Source of the DNA: an uncultured Oscillospiraceae bacterium
Lineage (GTDB): Bacteria; Bacillota; Clostridia; Oscillospirales; Oscillospiraceae
Reading direction: 5' to 3'
Length of the DNA stretch: 64,000 nucleotides
Assembly (NCBI GenBank): GCA_910588045.1
Contig: CAJUPS010000008.1
Span: 4,012 to 68,011, forward strand
This document shows, piece by piece, positions 10,370 to 22,280 of the stretch. Numbering within the stretch: position 1 is the stretch's first letter; every line of letters begins with the position of its first letter. Position numbers and translations under genes: made by a program. The notes beneath the pieces were generated by a model. It did not search any database and was not told the origin of the DNA. It saw only the letters and a list, made by a program, of their open reading frames with translations.

Positions 10370-11266
10370 ATGCTGCCTGCCCTGCTCCTTACCTTTGCCG
10401 CCCTTGCCGCGGCCGTACTGCGCCTGCTGGCCTACCGCGCCCAGATGCTGGAGATGGCCCGCCTGCTGGAGGAGACCCCGGCGGAGAGCAACGTCCGTCT
10501 GACCGTGCGGATGGAGAGCAAAGCGGCGCGCCGACTGTGCCGGGCGATGAACGAGCGGTTGGAGGCGGGAAGAGCTCTCCGGCAGGAGACCCTCCGGGGC
10601 GAGCGGGAGCTAAAGTACACCCTGGCCTGCATCTCCCACGACATCCGCACGCCCCTGGCCGGTGCGCTGGGCTACCTCCAGCTCCTGGACGGGGAGCCGG
10701 AGCGGCAGGCGGAATACCTGGACATTGTACGCAGACGTCTGGCGGAGCTGGAGGAGCTGCTGGACTCCCTGTTCCTCTACACCCGGCTACAGGGCGGCGC
10801 GCTCCCGCTGGAGTGCGGGAAGACGGCGGCCCTCCCTCCCCTGTGGGACGCGCTGGCGGAGCTGTACCCCCAGCTGGAGGCGGCGGGCATCCGACCCGAC
10901 CTCCGCTTCCAGGAGGAGGCCATGGAGGTCTGGGCCTCTCCGGAGGCACTGGGGAGAATCTATCGAAACCTGCTCGCCAACGTCCTGCGCCACGGCGGCG
11001 GCGGACTGACGGTCTCCGCCCGGGACGGGGAAATCCGTTTTTCCAACCCCCTGGGTCCCGGCCCCCGGCCGGATCCGGATCACCTCTTCGACCGCTTCTA
11101 TCAGGGCAGCCCTGCCCGGGGAGCGGGCGGCGCTGGTCTGGGCCTCGCCATCGTCCGGGAGCTGATGGAGCAGATGGGCGGGCGTGCGTCTGCCCGGATC
11201 GCGGGGAACGAACTGGAGATCGCGCTGACCTTCTCCCCTGCCCACTTCAGGAAAGAACCCTCTTGA
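10370..11266 (+). CDS. Sensor histidine kinase with one N-terminal TM helix and no extracellular domain (intramembrane-sensing type)
   Basis: ATG 10370 follows AAGGAGG. H-box LACISHDIRTPLAG and G-box GAGLGLAIVREL. Confidence 0.8.
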   Translation: MLPALLLTFAALAAAVLRLLAYRAQMLEMARLLEETPAESNVRLTVRMESKAARRLCRAMNERLEAGRALRQETLRGERELKYTLACISHDIRTPLAGALGYLQLLDGEPERQAEYLDIVRRRLAELEELLDSLFLYTRLQGGALPLECGKTAALPPLWDALAELYPQLEAAGIRPDLRFQEEAMEVWASPEALGRIYRNLLANVLRHGGGGLTVSARDGEIRFSNPLGPGPRPDPDHLFDRFYQGSPARGAGGAGLGLAIVRELMEQMGGRASARIAGNELEIALTFSPAHFRKEPS

Positions 11267-11345
11267 AGTTTTGGGAAAAATAAGCTATACTGAAGGACTG
11301 GTAGGATGTTGGTCCTGCAATTTTTCACGATAGGGGAGATCTTGT

Positions 11346-13370
11346 ATGCGATTTGTTGGGAAGAAAAATCTGGCCGGACGAATCGGAATGATTACAACCG
11401 TTATCACCTTGGTTGGGATGACGCTTCTCTGGCTGGTTGTATCCACCAACGCCGCTTCCATGGTCAAAAACGATATTACCAATCAGATGACCGACGCCGT
11501 GGAGTCCAGGGCCGCCATCATCAATGAGTACGTGCTCTCCGCAGAGGAATACATGACCGCCTTCGCCCTGAGCCGCGAGGTCAGGGACCTGCTGGCCAGC
11601 CCGGAGGACCCGGCGCTGCTGGAGCGGGCGCAGAAGTACACGGAGGACTTCGCCGCCGTCAAGGGGATTTTTGAGGGGCTCTACATCGCCACCCCGGGCA
11701 CCCATGTGCTGACCCACACCTCCCAGAGCGCCATCGGCATGACCACCCGGTCGGGGGACTCCCTACAGTCCTTCCAGGATACCATCCTGTCCGTACAGGA
11801 GCTGACCAATCTGGGGATCATGAAGTCCCCCGGCACGGGCAGCATGATCCTGTCCATGTACTACCCCATTTTTGAGAACCAGCAGTGCATCGGCTACGTG
11901 GGCGCCGGTGTCTACGCCAGCCGCCTGATGGACTCGCTGCTGGATCTGGACATCAAGGGCCTGCCCGGCAGCGAATACGTGTTCCTGAACGTGGACACGG
12001 GCGTCTACCTCTACCACGAGAACGACGAGCTGCTGAACACCGAGACCACCGACGTGGGATACCGGGAGATCATCCGGCGCATCAAGGCGGACGGCGGCAC
12101 CCAGGCCGGTACATATTCTTATCAGGACGAGAACGGGGTCCGGCAGCTGGCGGTCTACAAGTACCTGCGGGACCGGGGCTGGGTCTTCATGGTGCGGGAC
12201 AACGCTGCGGAGGTCTACGCCTCCGTGAGCACCGTGCGCTTCCTGGTGGGCATCCTGTGCGCGGCGATGGCCGTCGCCATCATCCTGGTCACGCTGCTGA
12301 TCCTGCGCCGGGAGGGGCGGGATCTGATGACGGTGGAGCGGGCCATTGCACGCCTGGGGGACCTGAATCTCTCGGCCGACGAGGACCTGGAGCCCTTCTA
12401 CCGCCGCTCGGACGAGATTGGCATGATTGCCCAGACCACCCACCAGGTCTGCACCTGCCTCAGGAGGACCATTGACGACGTGGGACGCATCCTGGGCGAG
12501 ATGGCAAACGGCAACCTCAGCGTGGACGTCACGACCAACGAGTCCTACTATATCGGCGACTTCCGCGCCATGTACGCCAGCCTGCAATCCATCCATGCCA
12601 ACCTGGTACATATCATCCGCGACATCTCCCAGGTGGCCGGTCAGGTGGACATCAGCGCAGAGCGGGTGTCCTCGGGCGCCCAGGCCCTGGCCCAGGGCAC
12701 CACCGAGCAGTCCGCCTCCGTAGACGGGCTCATGGCCAACGTGAGCGCCATTACCGAGCAGATTCAGACCAGCACCGTTCGCTGTGAAAACGCCAGTGAA
12801 CTGGTGGCCCAGGCCACCGGCTACACCGCTGCGGCGGACACGAAGATGGAGCAGCTGACGGCGGCCACCCGGAATATTGACCAGTCCTCCGCCCAGATCG
12901 GCACCATCATCAAGACCATCGAGGACATCGCCTTCCAGACCAACATCCTGGCCCTGAACGCCGCCGTGGAGGCCGTCCGGGCGGGAAACGCGGGAAAGGG
13001 CTTCTCTGTGGTGGCCGACGAGGTCCGGAACCTGGCGACCAAGTCCGCCGAGGCCGCGCAGAACACCGGCGTGCTCATCAGCCGCTCCATCCAGAGCGCC
13101 AAGAGCGGCACGGAGTCCACCGACCAGGCCGTCTCCGCCGTGCAGGACATCAACGGCTGCATCCAGTCCATCCGGACCCAGATGGAGGAGATTGCCGCCG
13201 CCAGCGTCCAGCAGTCGGCGATGATTTTCCTGGTGGAGAACGGGATCAAGGAGATCTCCACCGTCGTGCGGGACAACTCCGCCACCGCGGAGCGCAGCGC
13301 CTCCGTTTCCAGGGAGCTGTCCCAGCAGGCGCGAGCCCTCAACAGCCTCATCAGCCGCTTCCGTATTTGA
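11346..13370 (+). CDS. Methyl-accepting chemotaxis protein (Cache-like sensor, HAMP, MCP signalling domain)
   Basis: 674 aa with two TM segments flanking a periplasmic domain. Highly conserved hairpin region [40 protein letters not shown]. Confidence 0.9.
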   Translation: MRFVGKKNLAGRIGMITTVITLVGMTLLWLVVSTNAASMVKNDITNQMTDAVESRAAIINEYVLSAEEYMTAFALSREVRDLLASPEDPALLERAQKYTEDFAAVKGIFEGLYIATPGTHVLTHTSQSAIGMTTRSGDSLQSFQDTILSVQELTNLGIMKSPGTGSMILSMYYPIFENQQCIGYVGAGVYASRLMDSLLDLDIKGLPGSEYVFLNVDTGVYLYHENDELLNTETTDVGYREIIRRIKADGGTQAGTYSYQDENGVRQLAVYKYLRDRGWVFMVRDNAAEVYASVSTVRFLVGILCAAMAVAIILVTLLILRREGRDLMTVERAIARLGDLNLSADEDLEPFYRRSDEIGMIAQTTHQVCTCLRRTIDDVGRILGEMANGNLSVDVTTNESYYIGDFRAMYASLQSIHANLVHIIRDISQVAGQVDISAERVSSGAQALAQGTTEQSASVDGLMANVSAITEQIQTSTVRCENASELVAQATGYTAAADTKMEQLTAATRNIDQSSAQIGTIIKTIEDIAFQTNILALNAAVEAVRAGNAGKGFSVVADEVRNLATKSAEAAQNTGVLISRSIQSAKSGTESTDQAVSAVQDINGCIQSIRTQMEEIAAASVQQSAMIFLVENGIKEISTVVRDNSATAERSASVSRELSQQARALNSLISRFRI

Positions 13371-13384
13371 TAAGCGCGGCGAAA

Positions 13385-13424
13385 AATCCGCCCCGCCGTG
13401 GAGCTCTCCACAGCGGGGCGGATT
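13385..13424. terminator. Bidirectional terminator between convergent genes
   Basis: 12-bp stem AATCCGCCCCGC / GCGGGGCGGATT flanked by A/T runs. Lies between the mcp stop (13370) and the DUF4179 gene stop (13441). Confidence 0.6.
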
Positions 13425-13440
13425 CTCTATGCCGTTCGTG

Positions 13441-14496
13441 TCAGCGAACCGGAATGACCACACCGGCCACCTCCAGCGAGGCGATCCGGTCCAGGTCCAC
13501 CACCCGCAGTTCCGCCAGGCCCTCGCCGTTGGCGTTGTTCATGGCGTTGGTGTGGTTGGTAAAGCTGAAATAGGCCCCGCCCGGCCCGCCGAAAAAGAAG
13601 TCGGAGGCCAGGGTCATATTCCCATCCATGTCCAGCAGGCGGACAGTGGTCAGGATGTCTTCCCGATACCAATCCCCAAAATCGACGGGGTAGGGTGTGG
13701 AGATATTGGTCCGGAGATACAGTCCCACCGGGGAGATGACAACCTCTTCCAATACCAGATGTTCCTCCTCACAGGGCAGTTCCACCATGGGCGCAAGCCG
13801 GAGGGCGTTGTCCGCGTAGTCGATGTCGATCCAGCCAAAGTCCCAGGCGCCCTCCTTGACCGGCTCCCGGTTCCAGTTGCGCGCGTCCCAGTCGTAGCCA
13901 TGGTTCTCCACCAGGTCAACGAGCGTAAAGCGCATCCGCACGTGGTTGGACTCCCCCTCGGTCGTGTACCAGTTGTAGAGCAGGCGGATCTTGTTGTCCG
14001 TGGGATCGTCATCCGGCAGGGCGTAGAAGAAGCCCTTCGTGGTCCCGGGGACGGAGTGGTCATACTCGTTGTCCACGTGGACCTCATAGTTGGTCCCGTC
14101 CAGCACGGTTCCCTCCGGCGCGGCGATCTCCACGCCCAAAAACGCCTGGAAGTCGTCCCCCACGCAGTCGGTGATGACGGCGGTCCAGCCGTCGTTCTCC
14201 GCCATCCGGCCCACCGTGCCGCTGGCCTGGTCGTAGCCCGCCTGGTCGCCGGTGAAGAATCCGCCCAGGGTGGGGGCCGCGTCGGTCTGGGCCACCGCCG
14301 CTGCGCTCAGTACCGACAGCAGTCCGATCACCGCCGCCACGGCCAGCACGTGCCGCGCCCGCAGGGGCCGCCTTCCCACACTCCGGCTCTCCGCCCTGCC
14401 CCGGCGGCCCAGGCTCTCCGTCAGGGCCCGCTTGCTCTCCTCCGTCAGCCGGACCCGATCCAGCTCGCTTTTGTAGCTCTCAAAATTCTCTTGCAT
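13441..14496 (-). CDS. DUF4179-type membrane-anchored putative anti-sigma factor
   Basis: 351 aa with a short cytoplasmic N-terminus, one TM (VLAVAAVIGLLSVLSAAAV) and a large extracytoplasmic domain. Overlaps the ECF sigma gene by 17 nt. Confidence 0.65.
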   Translation of the reverse strand: MQENFESYKSELDRVRLTEESKRALTESLGRRGRAESRSVGRRPLRARHVLAVAAVIGLLSVLSAAAVAQTDAAPTLGGFFTGDQAGYDQASGTVGRMAENDGWTAVITDCVGDDFQAFLGVEIAAPEGTVLDGTNYEVHVDNEYDHSVPGTTKGFFYALPDDDPTDNKIRLLYNWYTTEGESNHVRMRFTLVDLVENHGYDWDARNWNREPVKEGAWDFGWIDIDYADNALRLAPMVELPCEEEHLVLEEVVISPVGLYLRTNISTPYPVDFGDWYREDILTTVRLLDMDGNMTLASDFFFGGPGGAYFSFTNHTNAMNNANGEGLAELRVVDLDRIASLEVAGVVIPVR

Positions 14497-14968
14497 ACTC
14501 CGTACCTCCCAGCATATTCCGCAATTTTTCCTTCCCGCGCTTCAGATGGGTGCTCACCAGCGCCGGGGACCGGCCCAGCAGGGCGGCGATCTCCCGCACC
14601 TCGTAGCCCTCGTAGTACCGCAGGAAGATCACCTCCCGGTACACGGCTGGCAGCGCCTGGACCAGCTCCAGCAGTCCGCCCTCCGGCTCCGGGTCCTCCA
14701 CCGCCAGCTGGAGGGATTCGTCCAGCGGGACCCGGCGGCGGAACCAGGCGGTCTTCCGCCAGTTCTTGCACTCGTTCACCGCCAGACGGACCACCCAGGC
14801 CCGCTCCTGGACCTGGTCCGGGAAGTCCCGGGGATCCTCCAGCAGCTTGATGAGCACCGTCTGACACACGTCCTTGGCGTCGTCCAAGTCGCCCAGCCAC
14901 GTCTTCCCGATCCGCACAAGCAGGTCGGCGTAGTGCGCCACCAGGTATTCCGCCCTCTCCTCGGTCAT
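14480..14968 (-). CDS. ECF-type sigma-70 family RNA polymerase sigma factor
   Basis: Region 2 (DAKDVCQTVLIKLL) and region 4 (YYEGYEVREIAALLGRSPALVSTHLKRGKEKL). The start is ambiguous (GTG 14986, ATG 14974 or ATG 14968). ATG 14968 has the best SD spacing. Confidence 0.8.
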   Translation of the reverse strand: MTEERAEYLVAHYADLLVRIGKTWLGDLDDAKDVCQTVLIKLLEDPRDFPDQVQERAWVVRLAVNECKNWRKTAWFRRRVPLDESLQLAVEDPEPEGGLLELVQALPAVYREVIFLRYYEGYEVREIAALLGRSPALVSTHLKRGKEKLRNMLGGTEYAREF

Positions 14969-15136
14969 TGGCATCACCCCTTTCACTGAGAAAACAAGAT
15001 GGAAGTGGGAAATCTGTCAGAAAAGCCAAAAAATTTTTCTTGGAAGGCGGACGGCAGGTTCGCTCTTGCATTTTTTCCCGATTCATAGTACAATATGGGT
15101 CGTGTGCTCCGGGGCACGCCTTGTTGAACTTTTGTA

Positions 15137-15165
15137 TTGACGAAAAGGGAAAAAAGAAATATAGT
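15137..15165 (+). promoter_or_regulatory. Sigma-A-like promoter for the 15232 gene
   Basis: TTGACG (15137-15142), a 17-bp spacer, then TATAGT (15160-15165). Confidence 0.45.
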
Positions 15166-15231
15166 ATAGGGTAGAGAATGTGCCGCCCGGATTCCCGGGA
15201 TCATGGACATAGACCAGGAGGGAGAAACCAG

Positions 15232-15819
15232 ATGTATTTTATCACAGGCGCTGTGGGCTTTCTGGCCTGCATCATTTTCATGGTGATACTGATTATATTT
15301 GCAATCCGAGGGAAGAAGTGCGTCGTGCCGATGACCGCCTTCGGGCTGTCGATTCTGCTCTTCCTGGGCAGCGGGTTCCTGTTTTCCCGCACGGCCCCCG
15401 ACTTCGGCGGCCTGGAGTTCCTGGAGTTTCTTCTCAGGGACACCTCTGTTCCGCCGGACCTCACCGGGGAGTGGCGGGAGGCCGGCAGCGGCGACTCCTA
15501 CCACGGGATCTATATTTCCGGCGACGTGATCGAGGTCTACTGGGTAACGGAGGGCGGAAACTCCCGGTCTCTCTACTGGGCGGGCACCTTTGAGACGCCG
15601 CCCAACGGGAAGGAGCCCTACACCTGGGTCTCTCAGAACGACACCCGGCGCACGTCGGCCGCCCAGCTGGCCTCCGGCGAGGCCACCAAGGAGTTTACAT
15701 ACCAGAACGGAAAACTCAGCTACCCCGCCAGCATCCTGGGGGTAAACAGCACCATTCGGGTGGTAAAGGAATCCTGGGGATACTTCGGTCCCCCGGTCGT
15801 TGAAGAGGAAGCGGAATAA
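15232..15819 (+). CDS. Membrane-anchored hypothetical protein (2 TM plus an extracytoplasmic domain)
   Basis: ATG 15232 follows GGAGGGA. I recognise no family. Confidence 0.55.
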   Translation: MYFITGAVGFLACIIFMVILIIFAIRGKKCVVPMTAFGLSILLFLGSGFLFSRTAPDFGGLEFLEFLLRDTSVPPDLTGEWREAGSGDSYHGIYISGDVIEVYWVTEGGNSRSLYWAGTFETPPNGKEPYTWVSQNDTRRTSAAQLASGEATKEFTYQNGKLSYPASILGVNSTIRVVKESWGYFGPPVVEEEAE

Positions 15820-15825
15820 GCGCAG

Positions 15826-15865
15826 ACCGTCCGCACGGCGTATGGGCCGTGCGGACGGTTTTTTG
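15826..15865 (+). terminator. Rho-independent terminator
   Basis: Perfect 14-bp stem ACCGTCCGCACGGC / GCCGTGCGGACGGT with a 6-nt loop, followed by TTTTT. Confidence 0.8.
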
Positions 15866-15875
15866 CGATTGTGTG

Positions 15876-15994
15876 TTGGGCTCTGCCCAAACCCGACAGG
15901 GGCGTCGCCCCGTGGGCCGCCCTTCGGGCGGCTTAGGGCTGGGGCCGCCTACGGCGGCCTAACGCCTGCACCCCACCACCCTTTGAAAAGGGTG
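15876..15994. repeat. Array of five short GC-rich stem-loops (REP-like intergenic element)
   Basis: The stem-loops are TTGGGC-TCT-GCCCAA, GGGGC-GTC-GCCCC, GCCGCCC-TTC-GGGCGGC, GGCCGCC-TAC-GGCGGCC and CACCCTTT-GA-AAAGGGTG, in tandem between two convergent genes. Confidence 0.6.
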
Positions 15995-16005
15995 GACCGA
16001 AACTT

Positions 16006-18594
<2,589 letters not shown>

Positions 18595-18683
18595 GGATTG
18601 CCTCCTCCGGACGGGCATTTGCCGTCCTCTTTTCTTATTCCCCTATAGCATACACCCGTTCGCGGGAAATGTAAAGAAGAAAA

Positions 18684-18710
18684 TTAGCACTCCCGTGACG
18701 AGAGTGCTAA
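18684..18710. promoter_or_regulatory. CIRCE operator (HrcA binding site) upstream of clpB
   Basis: TTAGCACTC-CCGTGACGA-GAGTGCTAA is an exact match to the consensus TTAGCACTC-N9-GAGTGCTAA. It lies about 90 bp upstream of the clpB start. Confidence 0.8.
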
Positions 18711-18733
18711 TTTTCTGTGAACGATTTGTAAAT

Positions 18734-21700
18734 CTATCCGAGGATCTTGTCCAAGGTCTCCAGAAGCTTCTCAATGTGGATGGGCTTGGCAATATGGCCA
18801 TTCATGCCGCACTTGAGCGCCGCCTGCTTGTCCTCCTCGAATGCGTTGGCCGTCATAGCCATAATGGGAATGCCCGCCCGCTGGGGATCGTCCAGAGAGC
18901 GAATGGCCTTGGCGGCCTCATAGCCGTCCATCACGGGCATCTGGATGTCCATCAGGATCAGTTGGTAGTGCCCCGGGTCGCTCCGACGGACCATCTCCAC
19001 GGCTTCCCTGCCGTTCTCAGCGCACTCCAGGGAGAACCCCGCTTCCTCCAGGATGGCCACCGCGATTTCCCGGTTCAGCTCGTTGTCCTCCGCCAGCAGG
19101 ATGCACCCGGCGTGCTTCCGGGCGGAGGCAGACGGGGCACTGACCAGCTCCTCCGAGCCCACGACGCCCCGCAGGCACCGGCGCAGCTCCGAGAGGAACA
19201 GGGGCTTGCTGCAAAAGGCGGTCACCCCCGCGGCCCGGGCCTCCTCCTCGATGTCGGACCAGTCGTAGGCGGTGAGCACGATGATCGGCACGTCCTCCCC
19301 CATCTCCTTGCGCACGCGCCGGGCCACCTCCACGCCGTTGAGGTCCGGCAGCAGCCAGTCGATCACGTACACCGCGTAGTTGTCCCCCCGCATGACCGCC
19401 TGATGGGTGCGCAGCACCGCTTCCTTCCCCGAGAGGGTCCACTCTGCCCGCAGGCCGATTTGCTGGAGCATATAGCTGACGCTGTCGCAGGTGTTGAAGT
19501 CGTCGTCCACCACCAGCGCCCGGCACCCCGCCAGCTCCGGGATGGTCTGGGGCTCCCGCTCCCCGCCGCTGAGGCGGAAGGTCAGGCGCACGGTAAATTC
19601 GGTCCCTACGCCCTGCTCACTGGTGACAGAGATGGTTCCGTTCATCATGTCCACGATGTTCTTGGTGATCGCCATGCCCAGGCCGGTGCCCTGGATGCCG
19701 CTGATCGTGGAGTTGCGCTCCCGCTCGAAGGGCTCAAAGATCCGCTCCACGAACTCCTGGCTCATGCCAATACCCGTGTCCCGGACGGTGAACTCGAAGT
19801 TGGCATAGCCCGCAGGAGCGCCGGGCTTCTCCACGACCCGGATGGTGACGATCCCCCCGGCTGGGGTGTACTTCACCGCGTTGCTCAGGAGATTGAGCAG
19901 CAGCTGGTTGAGCCGCAGCCGGTCGCAGCAGATCTCCTCGTCCACCACGTCCACCGCGTCGATATACAGCTCCAGACGCTTCGCGTGGGTCTCCGCCTGG
20001 ACGATGCTGCGCAGGCCATGGAGGATGTCCGGCAGACTACAGGGCGCCTCCTCCAGGTGCATCTTGCCGCTCTCGATGCGGCTCATATCCAGGATGTCGT
20101 TAATCAGGCTGAGGAGGTGGTTGCCGGAGGTCATGATCTTCTTGAGGTATTCCGCCACCAACTCGTGCTGCTCAATATGGGCGATGGCCAGGGCGGTGAA
20201 ACCCACGATGGCGTTCATGGGGGTGCGAATGTCGTGGGACATGTTGGAGAGGAAGACGCTCTTCGCCTTGCTGGCCCGGTTGGCCTGGAGAAGCGCGTCC
20301 TCCAGAAGGTTCTTCTTCTCCATCTCGCTGCGGGTCTCCTCGTCCACGCTGCGCAGACCCAGCACGACTCCGCGGGTCCCGTCCCAGGCGCCCGCCTGTA
20401 CGGCCTTCATCTGGTAATACTCCATGCCGCCGTCGCGGTCTACGCGGTAGTTGACGTAGTACGAGCTCTTCCCCTCCAGCTCCTTCGTGATCCACGCCGG
20501 AGACACCGCCTGCCGAAGCATCGCCTGGTCCTCCGTATACACGCACTCCTCTATGTACCGCCCCATGCTGCCCTCCAGGGAGACCTGGCCATTGAAAATG
20601 GCGGCCAGCTTCGCATGGCTCCCGTCCGCCACCCGGAGCGGATAGCCCAGAGACGTGTCCAGGTCAAAAAAGCACACCAGGCTGTAGTCGCTGCTCAACG
20701 CCTGGATCAACTCCGCATGACGGCGGTCCGCCTCGGCCCGCTCCTGCTTCTGGGCGGTGTAATCCAGCAGGAAGCGCTGATAGAACCTCTCCCCGTTCTC
20801 CTCCACCAGCTTGATGTTGCCCAGCACGTGGACCATACGCCCATCCCGGTGGAGTACGCGGTACTCCACACTGACACTGTCGCCCGGCTGCTTGAGGGAG
20901 CGGATGCTGCCGCGCAGCTTGGGTTTGTCCTCCTCAAGCACGGAGTTGGCCACGGTCTGGAAGCCGTCGTCGAGCATCTCCTCCAGGGACGCGTAGCCCA
21001 GAATCTCCAGGGCCGCCCGGTTGATGCTGATAATCTGGGTCCCGCTCAGGGAGTGGTAAATCACGCCGCAGTCCATGGAGGTAAAGATGGTCTCCAGGGT
21101 GCGGTTTTTCTGCCTTAGGGCGTCCTCATAGGCCCGCTCCTGGGTGACGTCGATGCCCACGCCCACGGTGCCCATGACGCTGCCGTCCCGATCATACAGG
21201 GGCGATTTATAGGTGGTCAGGGTGCGCATCCCCTCGCCGGTCTGGATCGTCTCCTCGGAAATGTGGGTCCGCCGGGTCTCCATCACCACCCGCTCTGACT
21301 CGATGCACGCGGGATCATCCTGTTCCACATCCCAGATGTAGGCATGGCCCCGGTCCTGGATCTGCTCATGGGTCTTGCCCACGGTCTGGCAGAAGCTGTC
21401 GTTCACCTTCTTATGGATACCGTCACGGTCCTTGTACCACACCAGGCTGGGGATGCTGTTGATGGCGGCATCCAGGTACTGGCGGGACTCCCAGGCATCC
21501 GTCTCCACCTTATAGGCCCGCATCCAGCGCACAAACCGGAAGCGGAGCTCCTGCGCCGTGAGAGGGTCGGGCCACACGTCGTCCGCCTGCGCCCAGACGT
21601 CATCCAGGGGCTGCGCCCGGTCGAGGATCAGAATCAGCCGGGCCTCCGGCCTCTTGGCCGCCGTCAGGACCTCCAGCGCACCGGAGGTGCCGCACAGATT

Positions 21701-21859
21701 GGCCAGGATCACATCGGCCTGCGCCGCCAGCGCCGCCTCTGGCGCCTCACTCATCGTAAATTCATGGGTAAAATGTTCCTGGGGCGGGACATCTCGGACA
21801 GCATCCCACAAACTAGACCGGCTGCCCGTCAGATAAAATCGAACATGGCAATGGTACAT
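18734..21859 (-). CDS. Hybrid sensor histidine kinase / response regulator (PAS domains, HisKA, HATPase_c, two C-terminal receivers)
   Basis: H-box LSNMSHDIRTPMNAI and G-box GTGLGMAITKNI. Two REC domains (ALVVDDD...; ILLAEDNELN...LILMDIQMPVMDG). ATG 21859 follows GGAGGA. Confidence 0.85.
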   Translation of the reverse strand: MYHCHVRFYLTGSRSSLWDAVRDVPPQEHFTHEFTMSEAPEAALAAQADVILANLCGTSGALEVLTAAKRPEARLILILDRAQPLDDVWAQADDVWPDPLTAQELRFRFVRWMRAYKVETDAWESRQYLDAAINSIPSLVWYKDRDGIHKKVNDSFCQTVGKTHEQIQDRGHAYIWDVEQDDPACIESERVVMETRRTHISEETIQTGEGMRTLTTYKSPLYDRDGSVMGTVGVGIDVTQERAYEDALRQKNRTLETIFTSMDCGVIYHSLSGTQIISINRAALEILGYASLEEMLDDGFQTVANSVLEEDKPKLRGSIRSLKQPGDSVSVEYRVLHRDGRMVHVLGNIKLVEENGERFYQRFLLDYTAQKQERAEADRRHAELIQALSSDYSLVCFFDLDTSLGYPLRVADGSHAKLAAIFNGQVSLEGSMGRYIEECVYTEDQAMLRQAVSPAWITKELEGKSSYYVNYRVDRDGGMEYYQMKAVQAGAWDGTRGVVLGLRSVDEETRSEMEKKNLLEDALLQANRASKAKSVFLSNMSHDIRTPMNAIVGFTALAIAHIEQHELVAEYLKKIMTSGNHLLSLINDILDMSRIESGKMHLEEAPCSLPDILHGLRSIVQAETHAKRLELYIDAVDVVDEEICCDRLRLNQLLLNLLSNAVKYTPAGGIVTIRVVEKPGAPAGYANFEFTVRDTGIGMSQEFVERIFEPFERERNSTISGIQGTGLGMAITKNIVDMMNGTISVTSEQGVGTEFTVRLTFRLSGGEREPQTIPELAGCRALVVDDDFNTCDSVSYMLQQIGLRAEWTLSGKEAVLRTHQAVMRGDNYAVYVIDWLLPDLNGVEVARRVRKEMGEDVPIIVLTAYDWSDIEEEARAAGVTAFCSKPLFLSELRRCLRGVVGSEELVSAPSASARKHAGCILLAEDNELNREIAVAILEEAGFSLECAENGREAVEMVRRSDPGHYQLILMDIQMPVMDGYEAAKAIRSLDDPQRAGIPIMAMTANAFEEDKQAALKCGMNGHIAKPIHIEKLLETLDKILG

Positions 21860-22101
21860 AAAATTTTCCTCCGCACTCCATATACGCATGAATATATCTT
21901 TATTATATTCTACCTGTCAAGGAGGCGGATGTCAAGGATGGAAATTTTTTGTCCCATTTCTCTTTCGCGCGGGCCGCCCTGACGGGCGGCGCTCTTTTCG
22001 CGGTCAAAAACCTGCCGTTTGCGGACATTTCCGCACAGCGCCCGGTTTTCTGCTATGATGCAGGTACATCAAGGAAGCAACGCTTCAAGGAGGAAACAGT
22101 T

Positions 22102-22278
22102 ATGCGTCATGTTTATATTCGCGGTATCCTGGCTCTGACCTGGCTGGCGGCGGCGGTCGTCAGCGGCGTGTCCGGCAATCTGGAGTTGACCGGGCTCTAT
22201 GTCCTGATGGGGGCCGCCTTCGGGTATTCCGCCTGCGCCTCCCGGAAAAAAGCCAAGAGCGGTAAGGGGGAGCGCTGA
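22102..22278 (+). CDS. Small membrane protein (58 aa, 2 TM)
   Basis: AAGGAGGA lies 7 nt upstream of ATG 22102. The gene ends 2 nt before the ABC ATPase gene. A TGCTATGAT extended -10 sits at 22051-22059. Confidence 0.5.
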   Translation: MRHVYIRGILALTWLAAAVVSGVSGNLELTGLYVLMGAAFGYSACASRKKAKSGKGER

Positions 22279-22280
22279 CC

